A stretch of DNA of 64,000 bases from Tetramitus jugosus (lineage: Eukaryota; Protista; Heterolobosea). Positions within the stretch are counted from its first letter, which is position 1, and each line of letters opens with the position of its first letter. The position numbers were made by a program, and so were the translations under genes. The notes under the pieces are model-generated. The model saw only the letters and a program-made list of their open reading frames with translations, was not told the DNA's origin and ran no database searches. The stretch spans positions 1-64,000 of the forward strand of contig OW569346.1 of the NCBI GenBank assembly GCA_937625935.1. The letters are read 5' to 3'. Below are positions 44,214 through 53,938 of the stretch, piece after piece.

Positions 44214-44333
44214 GTCTACGTTCATACAATGGTGGAACCACCTCTTCCCATTTCGAATAGAGAAGTTAAGCACCATCTGGCTGAGTTAGTATTGAGATAG
44301 GAGACTACTCGAGAACCCTCAGTAATGTAGGCT
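44214..44333 (+). rRNA. 5S rRNA gene (single copy in this window)
   Basis: About 119 nt; 5' GTCTAC pairs with 3' GTAGGC; conserved CATAC, CCCAT..CGAA, GAAGTTAAGC and TTAGTA elements; followed by a TTTT Pol III terminator. Confidence 0.9.
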
Positions 44334-44510
44334 TTTGTTGGTCGTTTTGAACATCCAGGCGAGCAGCCAGATGAGCAGATATAACGAAGCAGGCGATGCA
44401 TAAAGTGATATAAGTGTGCAGTCTTTTGTTTTGGTATTTATTGTTTTTCCCTGCCCACCATTGTATTTACATATTTACAAGTTAACAAAGCAACAAAGTA
44501 CATGTCACTT

Positions 44511-45116
44511 TCATCTCCTTGGTACGATAGATCCACTTTGACATTCAAAATGTCTAGCATCGAAGCAAACTCCATTGCAACAACCGTCGTTCCTTCCACA
44601 TAAGCAATTGTTTTGTGGGCGAAAACTATCAGGGATGCAGTGATGGGTGTTTGGAGAATAGCACTGATGTCTGTTAGGGCCAATAGAATTGTTAGAGCAG
44701 CACAAATCTGTGGATCCACATTGGAATTGCCCACAGTTGTTGTTTGTTGGTGGTGGAGATGGAATTTGCTTCAGTCTACCAGTGGAAGTGTCGCAAGAGT
44801 AATGTCTAGGATCGAAACACACTTGGTTGCAACATCCATCGTTAACTCCGCACAGACAATTCTGAGATGGCTTGAATTCATCGGGAATGCAATGATGAGT
44901 GCTTGGGTTGTAGCATTGATTTCTATAGACCCCAATAAAGTTGTTGGAACAACATCTGTCAGAGGCACCACAATTAAATTGACCGCAATTGTTACCACCT
45001 GTCTTAATGGATCTTACACTTGCTCTACGCAATTGCTTCACTGGTTTGCTGGCAGCAATCTCCAATGTGAAAGCAACAATGACAATGAAAACTAATACAG
45101 CGAGGAAAACTCTCAT
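44511..45116 (-). CDS. Secreted Cys-rich protein with two tandem ~70-aa repeats
   Basis: Signal peptide MRVFLAVLVFIVIVAF; repeat NNCGQFxCGxxDxCCSNN..QCYxPxTHHCIPD..NCLCGxNDGCCNxVCFD occurs twice. Confidence 0.85.
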   Translation of the reverse strand: MRVFLAVLVFIVIVAFTLEIAASKPVKQLRRASVRSIKTGGNNCGQFNCGASDRCCSNNFIGVYRNQCYNPSTHHCIPDEFKPSQNCLCGVNDGCCNQVCFDPRHYSCDTSTGRLKQIPSPPPTNNNCGQFQCGSTDLCCSNNSIGPNRHQCYSPNTHHCIPDSFRPQNNCLCGRNDGCCNGVCFDARHFECQSGSIVPRR

Positions 45117-45688
45117 ATTTAGTTATTGGCTATCTTGTATTTGTTGTATTGAATTGAACCAATGGTTGTAAAGGTGATGGATAGTCTTTTATATGGGTTT
45201 ACTGTTATTCCTTCCATCAATCCTCGCAAAAAAAGCCCCTTCAGTTCCTTGCATGTCCTTTTTAGCATAAAAAAAGATAAGGAGCAGTAATTCTTGTATA
45301 TCTCGAGAGAAGTCACAACAACAGTTTTCAACTAACTGACTGTCCACGTCACTCGTTGGTCAGTAGATCAATTCCTTCACGCTGTTTCAACAATCATGTC
45401 ACATAATTGGCCCTTTTTCTGAGAAGCTAATAACTTGTTCGGGAACGTGGAATTACTCTTGACTAGCTCGTACAAGAACGCATGATATCCGTTTTTCGCA
45501 CAGGCAACATGGAGTTCATTATAAAATGAATTATGTAATTCCCAAGGCAAACGAACTTCAGTCACCACGAGGCTATCCTGAGATATGGATGACGAATGTT
45601 CCTGAATCGAGAGAGGTATGAATCCCTCTCTTATTCGTTTGTTCGAAGTGAGGAGTGTGAGTCAAAGGAAAGTGAGCTATTGTGTGAG

Positions 45689-46837
45689 CTATGTTATTAT
45701 AGCCTTATAGAGATGGGGGATAACATACCGTGGATCACCCAATGCATAAGCCTTTCCCTCCTTTGTCGTGAACACAGTTAAGTTGGCCCCGCAGTTGTAA
45801 TCGAGAACAGTTCCAATTGACAACGAAATTTGAGTAGGTGGTAGGAAAGCATCATGATAAAACACTCCACAGCAATAGAAATGGTTCGATTCTGTTCGAA
45901 ACACTGTAAAACTTTCTCCACACTTTGCATCCACAATTTTCTCAGATGAGAGCACACCAGTGATCAGAACCGGACTAAGTATCTCCGAGGAAGGAGTGAT
46001 TAAGCCACATTGGTTATGGTAATTGTACCCCCAAGAGTAGGCTGACCCTTCCTCTGTAATCACAATGGAGTGCCATTGACCACACGCCACACTCTTGATC
46101 ACCACTAACCCACTCCCAAGTTCAGGATGATCCACCTTGACAGGTATTGAACTCTTTTGACTAAAATGGCTTTGACCGAGAGAACCCAATGCACAATATC
46201 CGGATGTATAAACACAATTATCAACTGTCACAAACACTGTATGCAAGGAACCGGGCTCAACCAACTTTAACGTTTTGCCGTCAACACTCTCCATCTTTTC
46301 TAATGTTGATTGTCCCCGTTCTGTGTTCGTTAATCCACATCGGCCATACTTCTTGTTCCCTGCTACATACACACAGTCATATCCTTCACTGATAAAGAAC
46401 GAAAAGTCACTCCCACACTTTGTCTCAACAATGTTACAATCGGTCAACTCGGGTATCAATGTCACTTGTTCCAGAGATGAAATCGACTCTGGCAATGCAC
46501 ATCGACCATTCCCATTGTTACCGCAACTGAACACACGCCTATGATTGGTCACGAACAGTGAATGACTATCGCCACATGATATATGGACCACGTATTCATC
46601 CCGTGCCAAAATATCCTTGTCTGACGAAAATTCTTGTCCAATTGAGCCGTACTGAATCACTTGGGCAAACTTCTTCACATGCCAAAAGGTATCAGTTTCA
46701 CTTTCAAAGTCCAGATAGTGACTCTTGTTGCCCCATTGACCATAGTATGAGTGGTTGAACCCAGTTTGATGGAGGTGAGCTCGACCTACACCAAAAACAT
46801 TGAAATGTCTTTGGATCTTGTGTGAGCTTGAGAGCAT
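45689..46837 (-). CDS. RCC1-repeat beta-propeller protein
   Basis: ISCGDSHSLF, SCGNNGNGRC, VACGQWHSIV and YSWGYNYHNQCG repeats. First ATG at 46837; the longer ORF runs into the tRNA. Confidence 0.88.
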   Translation of the reverse strand: MLSSSHKIQRHFNVFGVGRAHLHQTGFNHSYYGQWGNKSHYLDFESETDTFWHVKKFAQVIQYGSIGQEFSSDKDILARDEYVVHISCGDSHSLFVTNHRRVFSCGNNGNGRCALPESISSLEQVTLIPELTDCNIVETKCGSDFSFFISEGYDCVYVAGNKKYGRCGLTNTERGQSTLEKMESVDGKTLKLVEPGSLHTVFVTVDNCVYTSGYCALGSLGQSHFSQKSSIPVKVDHPELGSGLVVIKSVACGQWHSIVITEEGSAYSWGYNYHNQCGLITPSSEILSPVLITGVLSSEKIVDAKCGESFTVFRTESNHFYCCGVFYHDAFLPPTQISLSIGTVLDYNCGANLTVFTTKEGKAYALGDPRYVIPHLYKAIIT

Positions 46838-46872
46838 GACCGTTCGCGTTTCTGTAAAGCCGTAAAAAGGAT

Positions 46873-46969
46873 CTCCCATACCGGGACTCGAACCCGGGTC
46901 TTCCGGGGACTTTTGCATTTCAGCTTGGAAGTGAAAGCCGGATATCCTAACCAGCTAGACTATATGGGA
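46873..46969 (-). tRNA. tRNA-Glu(TTC) with a 24-nt intron at position 37/38 (46908..46931)
   Basis: TCCCATA...TATGGGA acceptor stem, D arm TAGTCTAGCTGGTTAGGA, anticodon arm TCCGG-CTTTCA[intron]C-CCGGA, T loop GGTTCGAGTCC, downstream TTTTT. Confidence 0.93.
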
Positions 46970-47213
46970 TCATATTAATTATTCCGACTTCAATAGTCTC
47001 ATAATTCAAGAACGACAAGAAGCTGCTTACGCAGAACCAAAACGAGTGTCGCGTGCTAGTCGAGTCATCGATAGATACAGTAACATCGTCTGTTGAATGG
47101 AAAAACAACAACAAAAGTTTGACCATGATTGCTCCGACCCAATTAATAATCGATGCACAAGTTCATTGAACTTTTCAAAAAAATTCACACAACAAAACAA
47201 CACATCCAACAAC

Positions 47214-49757
47214 ATGGTGAAACGACGAACGAACAACAACTCTTTCCGAGGCAGGTTGGCATCGACTGCCGCTGCACTTGCAACACAACAACCAGAAGAG
47301 ATTGACACTACCACTCAACAACAACAACAACAAGAAGAGTCATATGACTATCAATACCATGACAATCACAATGATTACTATAGTAATAATGATCATGGTG
47401 ATGGTTACTATGATGAAAACAACAACAATAACATGAATGGCGAACAACAACACTATGATGATCATTACTCTTACGACAATAATCACAGTGCGTCCTATGA
47501 TGATGGTCAGTATAATGAGGGTGAGCAAGCATCGGCTTCGTCATCATCAACAAAGCGCAAGCACAATCACACAAACGAAAATGGTAATGGTTCATACGTG
47601 GATCAAAAATCGCGGAAAAAGCGGAGAATCACAAACAATAATGAAAATGGCGCCAAAAATCGTTCCCGCCATGACATGCGTCGTCTACAGGTTCAAGAAA
47701 AAGCAAACACGGAAGCTTTTGAAAAGATTCAAAGTGAGCGCAAGCAACTACCCATTTTTGCGGCAAAGGACACTCTGATTGACTATGTCAAGAACAATCA
47801 AGTGTTGATTGTTGTTGGTGAAACAGGTTCTGGCAAAACAACTCAATTACCTCAGTACATTCATGATAGTGGTATCCGTTCTGACAAGACATGCATCGCA
47901 GTGACTCAGCCAAGAAGAGTGGCTGCCATGTCGATTGCAAAGCGTGTGAGTGAGGAGATGGGTGTCTCATTGGGTCAAGAAGTCGGTTATAGCATCCGTT
48001 TTGAGGATGTGACGAGTCATGACTCTACAGTCATCAAGTATTTGACAGATGGTATGCTTCTGAGAGAGTCTCAGGTCAATGCTCAGCTAGAACAGTACTC
48101 TGTCATTATTCTGGATGAGGCTCATGAACGTACGCTTCACACAGATATTCTGTTTGGTGTGGTGAAGAAGCTGCTGAGGAAACGCAAGGATCTCAAGGTT
48201 ATTATCATGAGTGCTACACTGGAAGCCAGAGCATTTGCAAACTTTTTTGACGGAGCAAAGATTGTCTACGTGTCAGGTAGGCAGTACCCCGTACAAATCA
48301 TGTACTGTGCTGAGCCACAGTCTGATTATTTGGATGCGGCAGCCACTTCTTGCTTGCAGATTCACTTGGATGAACACAAGGGAACCATGGAGAGCACGGG
48401 AGACATTCTTGTCTTTCTAACGGGTCAAGAAGAGATTGAGACTGTGGCGAGAATTTTGGAGGAGAAGGCTCAATTCCTTCCTCCCGAGGCACTCAAGATG
48501 ATCATTTGTCCAATTTTTGCTGCATTGCCATCTGAAAAGCAAATGGAAGTGTTTGAGAAGACACCAGCAGGTTGTAGGAAGATTATTCTTGCAACCAACA
48601 TTGCAGAAACATCGATCACCATCAATGGAATTCGATTTGTGCTTGATACTGGATTTGTGAAAGCAAAGGCCTACAATCCAAACAATGGACTCGAAGCCCT
48701 AAAGACCATTCCAATCTCGAAGGCATCTGCCAGACAGAGAACAGGTCGTGCTGGTAGAGAAGCACCTGGCAAGTGCTACAGACTATTCACAGAAGACACG
48801 TTTGATAGTTTGGAGGAGTTTACTGAACCTGAAATTGTTCGTTGCAATTTAAGCACCGTTGTGCTTCAGTTGAAGTCAATGGGTGTTAAGAACATTCAAA
48901 AGTTTGACTTTATGAGTCCTCCATCAAAGCAATCACTGACCAAGTCACTCCAGATTCTGTACATTCTGGGTGCGATCAACAAGAAGGGTAAGCTATCTGA
49001 TTTGGGTGAAAGAATGTCCCAATTTCCTCTGGATCCCATGTATGCTGTGGCATTGATCAAATCTGAGGAATTTGGTTGCGTTGATGAAATATTGAGCATC
49101 GTGTCCATGCTTTCCGTTGAAACCATTTTCTATTCACCTCACAATAAGAGAGATGAAGCCAACAAGGCTAAAATGAAGTTTGCCTCAAAATCTGGGGATC
49201 ATTTGACACTACTGAAGGTGTATCAGGGTTACATTGAAGTAGCCAATGCGGCCATTGGTCAAAGAGAAATAGATCGTTGGTGCTTTGATCATTTTATCAA
49301 TGCCAAGTCCATGAAGAAGGTTGTCGAAGTTCGAAATCAGCTCAAGGATTATGTGACAAGAAACGGACTAGAGGTTAGCTCCTGTGGTCGCGATTTGAGT
49401 CTTATTCGCAAGTGCCTGTGCTCCGGATTCTTCATGCACGCTGCTGTTCGAGTGCCAAACAAGCATCACTATGTCACAGTGACTGATAATGTCGAAGTTA
49501 GAATTCATCCGTCCAGTGTGATCCACGATCCATTGCCAAACTGTGTGATTTTCAATCAAATGGTCATGACGAGCCGTGAATACATTAGAGATGTGTGCGT
49601 TATTGATCATACATGGCTCTCCGAGGTTACACCTTCTCTCTATAAGGAGAAGATTGCATCTAATGCCAATACCCTGATGGACGAAGTTGTGAAAGCAGAT
49701 CTGGAGAAGAAAAAGAAAACGAAAGAAGAGTCTTTCCAAGTTCAACGATCAGCATAA
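47214..49757 (+). CDS. DEAH-box RNA helicase, DHX33/Dhr2-like
   Basis: [43 protein letters not shown]. The subfamily call is tentative. Confidence 0.9.
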   Translation: MVKRRTNNNSFRGRLASTAAALATQQPEEIDTTTQQQQQQEESYDYQYHDNHNDYYSNNDHGDGYYDENNNNNMNGEQQHYDDHYSYDNNHSASYDDGQYNEGEQASASSSSTKRKHNHTNENGNGSYVDQKSRKKRRITNNNENGAKNRSRHDMRRLQVQEKANTEAFEKIQSERKQLPIFAAKDTLIDYVKNNQVLIVVGETGSGKTTQLPQYIHDSGIRSDKTCIAVTQPRRVAAMSIAKRVSEEMGVSLGQEVGYSIRFEDVTSHDSTVIKYLTDGMLLRESQVNAQLEQYSVIILDEAHERTLHTDILFGVVKKLLRKRKDLKVIIMSATLEARAFANFFDGAKIVYVSGRQYPVQIMYCAEPQSDYLDAAATSCLQIHLDEHKGTMESTGDILVFLTGQEEIETVARILEEKAQFLPPEALKMIICPIFAALPSEKQMEVFEKTPAGCRKIILATNIAETSITINGIRFVLDTGFVKAKAYNPNNGLEALKTIPISKASARQRTGRAGREAPGKCYRLFTEDTFDSLEEFTEPEIVRCNLSTVVLQLKSMGVKNIQKFDFMSPPSKQSLTKSLQILYILGAINKKGKLSDLGERMSQFPLDPMYAVALIKSEEFGCVDEILSIVSMLSVETIFYSPHNKRDEANKAKMKFASKSGDHLTLLKVYQGYIEVANAAIGQREIDRWCFDHFINAKSMKKVVEVRNQLKDYVTRNGLEVSSCGRDLSLIRKCLCSGFFMHAAVRVPNKHHYVTVTDNVEVRIHPSSVIHDPLPNCVIFNQMVMTSREYIRDVCVIDHTWLSEVTPSLYKEKIASNANTLMDEVVKADLEKKKKTKEESFQVQRSA

Positions 49758-49800
49758 AGCTTCACACCAAAATTTTACCTCGTTTCGACTTTTATCACCA

Positions 49801-50124
49801 ATGAAAACAAACGATCCCACCATCAATTCTCAAACATTGAGAAGTGAAGAAGATTTAGAGCTCGTAACCGCTCTCACTTCAGGAACAATTCACTCCAAGG
49901 ATACAGAAGTGAAAACTTTGATAGACAAGAGATATAAAGAGCTGAGAAACAAGTACAAAGATCTAAATGAAGAAGAGTTTCGAGAGAAGATGGTGGATCT
50001 TATCGGTGGTGGAGCAACTGGAGTCCGATTGAAGACAAAGCTCAATCTAATATTTTTTATCCTCATTGCCGCAGTACTTTTCTTTGCTATCGTTTATCAT
50101 CCCGAGAATAGTGTCCCTGAATGA
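49801..50124 (+). CDS. Small protein with a C-terminal transmembrane helix
   Basis: 107-aa ATG ORF with hydrophobic LIFFILIAAVLFFAIVY. Confidence 0.6.
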   Translation: MKTNDPTINSQTLRSEEDLELVTALTSGTIHSKDTEVKTLIDKRYKELRNKYKDLNEEEFREKMVDLIGGGATGVRLKTKLNLIFFILIAAVLFFAIVYHPENSVPE

Positions 50125-50234
50125 CATGCAATTTGGAAGATGACATGTTTGAATGTAATTATTTATTGTACTATAATTCAATCTACTGCAGGCAATTGTA
50201 CAGAGTTGCCGCTATTCTCTGTCTCTATTTACGA

Positions 50235-52582
50235 TTATTGTTCTGTCATTTCAATTTCTTGAACTGTTCCTTCGCCAGCTTGTTCGTTTGGCTTTGCTTC
50301 TTCTGCTAAAGTGTCAACCACAGAAGCTCTGATAGTAGAGTTCATTCGACTCATTTGGAACGATCGGAATGCGTCTTGCTGTAGCAGAGTACAAACCGCG
50401 TTGTAAACTGTGTCGAACACATCAGGTTGCCCTAAACCATTCTTTAACTTGCTTTGCTCACTTTGAACCAAGTTTCCTGGCAAGTTCAACTCCTTCTTTG
50501 CCTTCCGTCTCAAGAATGTCTCATAAATGTACGCTTGTTTCTCAATACGTTCCACAGTGTTCTTTGTTTCTCTGTATTCGATCACAGCTTCAATGAACAA
50601 GATACTTTCATCATTGTGCATCTGAGTACAGTATTCCTTGAACTTGGCTCTGGATTCACCGTCTTGAATCGTCCGATGGAACAACAAATCACTATTGTCA
50701 ACAAAGGTGACACCTGATAGAGGAGAGGATGGACTGAAGGCATTGGATGCAGTCGTTGCTTGTTTCATTGCTTCGCTGCTTGCCTTAATAATAATGATGT
50801 ACAAATGATCGTCTCTGCTACCAACCATGGCTTGTGATTTGGTCACAGAAATCTCACTAGGAATCTTGTTGCTAAACTTTGAAGTGAGCTCCATGGGGAT
50901 CATTTGAATCGTGGACTGCGATTGATTCACCTCGTTCACAAACGTGTCATACAACATCTCAGGATCCTTGTAATTGGGGAAGATTTGATTGAATGACATC
51001 TTGGATAGACCCTTGGAACCTTGACCAAACACTGTACGGAACAACTTGTTAAATTCAAGGAATTTTCCATTCTTGTCAACGACAAGCACCGCAAATGGAA
51101 CAGAATTCATGACACCTCTAGTTCTGTGCTCCTCAATAGCGATACGATCCAACAAGTTTTCCAATTTGCAATTGTTCTCTTGCAGTGCATCGACACGTTC
51201 ACGGAAAGCCATTTGCACATAGTTTCTGACCACAAAGTGCTTGACAACAACTGCTCCAGCGACACACAAGCTCATAACGATAAAGCATATGAGAATGACA
51301 AACAGACCAATGAATTGGTTACGTCTAGAGTCATCTCCCACTGTCAAAAAGCTTTCTTTTGGTGCATAAATCAGAGTCCAGTTACGATCAACAATCATAA
51401 CCGTTTGAACAGTCTTGAACTTGCTCTTCTTGATTTTGCCGCGAATATCCCCATAATCGGCAATGTTACTGTACACGAAAGCTTTTCGTTCTTCTTGATC
51501 ATTAGGATCCATGCTCACGCGATCAGCACTATACGAGAGCAATACAGAGTCATAAACAACGACATACAAGCTCGAAGTATCGTACCATTCTGTAGTTTTG
51601 ACCAACTCTTCCATCACGAGGACACCACGAACGAAACCAAGGAGAGTTTCAATCTTTGGCTGTCCCTCGTAATAGGGAGCAGTGAACACTGGCTTGTACA
51701 CTTGGAAAAACGGTTGATCACCTACTGGAGCAAGGTTGGGCGTAATGGTGACGATACCGTTATTTAGATACGAATTCAACATGATCTCACCTCTGACTGA
51801 GCCAGAGCTTGGATCAAAACCCATCATTGAAGTCACACCATCAGCATACGGGAAGAGGTAAGCTGTTGGAAACATGCCATACTTTTGCACAGAGGTATCA
51901 TTATCCGAGCGCACAACAATCTCATTGGAAGTGCCGTTGGAATATCCATAAATTTCATAATTCTTGTAATTGTCATCTACAGCGGCAAAATTTCTCATGC
52001 GCGCCACAAATTCTTCTCTCATGAGACCAGGGACCACTCGCGGATGCCACGACAAACTAATGATGCCATTGACAAGCAAGTGAGAACCGTTGACAAGTGT
52101 GGCATACTCCAATGGACCAAAAGGATCAGTTAATGTCTGTGAAGAGGAGAGATTAAAGCTCGTGTGGAAGAGCTTTGCCATGGTGGCCATAGTGTCCATG
52201 TTGTAAGTGAACAAGTTGATATCAGAGGCGAATTGGGTCGCTCTTGCTTTGGCAGAACGGTTCAGAGCTTGTTGGATAGTCCTGTGTGTCGTTCGTTGAA
52301 CCTCATAAAAGGCTAAGCAACCAAATCCAATGCCCATGCAAATGAGAACAAGCATGAGCAGGATAGCAGGTATATCAAAGAAGAATTTACTGTAATAGTG
52401 GTATAGTGGTGGTGGACAATGTGTGAGTGTGAGTAAGTGAGTGAATTGGATAAAGATGAAATGAGAGAAATGAGAGAGCTTTGAGCTTACCTCTTGTTGT
52501 GCCACTTGGCCAAGGTAGGATGCTTGATTTGGTCAAAGTCCTCTTGAACATTCTTGAAGAATGATGATGTTGTTGTACTCAT
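50235..52582 (-). CDS. TM - CHASE-like extracellular domain - TM - PAS - RGS protein; intron about 52390..52490
   Basis: CHASE-like SLSWHPRV...REEFV..MR, FPTAYLFP..MMGFD; PAS VMNSVPFAVLVVDKNGKFLEFNK; RGS FKEYC..MHNDESILFIE..IYETFL...ELNL. A GTAAG...TACAG intron joins ATG 52582 in frame. Confidence 0.82.
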
Positions 52583-53306
52583 TATTGTTGTTCTTGTTCT
52601 TCTTGTTCTTGTTGTTGTTGTTGTTGTTAATGGGAAACGATGGACCTAGGTCTCTATGGTTCACTTCACACAAAGCTCTGAGATTAAAATGTGATGATTG
52701 TTCTCTGGTTGACCGACGACCCTTTCACAACAGCTAATATTTCAAAAACTTGATGAATATTGGGTGGTTTGTTTGTGTTATTCTGTGTTAGTTTGGTTTT
52801 GCTGTGAGAGTATAGAGAAGCTCTTGTGTCGAATATTTCAATTTGCTACTCCGAGAGTGTCAGTGTGTGACACTTGGACCGGATGTTCGTGCGTCGACTA
52901 TCCACGCAATATTGGTAACATGGTTCCATCAAATGTCATGATTGTAACGCGACGGGCTGCACAAATCTGGTTTTATCACACAAACACAGTTGTCTCAACC
53001 CGCAACTCAATAGCCCGACGGTGGTTTGACAGGAGGAGCTCGGTAGAAAAGGGGTCCACCTTTTGAGTTCGGCAGAGCTGCACATTTCGAGATGCAGAGT
53101 CCATTTTGATTGCAGTTCTCCCAAGGGAGTGTCGGATAAAAATGAACAACCGTCAATTACCAAATGAAAAAAGGTCGACAAAAACGAAAATAGGTGACTC
53201 AACTTATTTTGGCAAATATACTAAGGTGTCAATCGCTCACGCCTCTCTCAAGCATTAAAACTATACAACAATGTGTTAGTCAACCAAAAAACAAATACAA
53301 CTAACC

Positions 53307-53516
53307 ATGAATAACTTCCAAAGCCACGTTCAACAAGAACAAATCGAAGATTATTATCACACACCTTGTTCTTTTTCCAAGCAAAAACCACAGGGGGAGG
53401 AAGCAGCTGAGGCCAAAATGGCTCCACAGGAGGAGAGGGATGATGGAAATCATGAGAATGAGTTTGTTAGCCGAAAACAAACCGAGCAACTGAGTGATTA
53501 TGCTTGCACAAAATAA
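53307..53516 (+). CDS. 69-aa microprotein with two FxSxxQxEQxxxY motifs
   Basis: ATG-started ORF homologous to 32321..32530. Confidence 0.7.
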   Translation: MNNFQSHVQQEQIEDYYHTPCSFSKQKPQGEEAAEAKMAPQEERDDGNHENEFVSRKQTEQLSDYACTK

Positions 53517-53938
53517 ATGCTTCACCAAACTTCAAAAAACCAAATTATTTTTTGGCAATGTGTCTTTGCGGAAATTACGGTCAAATATTGTTCGTACTTT
53601 CATGAGAAACGCAAGCTTTTAGAGCACTTGTGGTTTCCACTCGTGTTCGCACTTTCTATCTGGCGTGAATAGATCATCTGGATGCTCTTGCTTGTCGTTT
53701 CTCACATGGACAAAGATTTGAGAGTGGATGAGTGTAATCTTCTGTCAGTTACTTGTAACTGATGACCTGTAGCAATACGCAAGATGACTCAACTTAGTAA
53801 ATGAATCACACAGCACTGTTTTTTTCCAAAATTGCCCATCGAGGTTCATTGGCTGCGTCTTGTCATCTTTATTGTGATCTTGTTTTCACAACTCCTACAT
53901 GAAAAGAGATATCTGTACAAGAACTTTAAGTTCCCTAG

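Noticed and set aside
46838-46918. N-terminal extension of the RCC1 ORF
   Set aside because: It is translated tRNA sequence.
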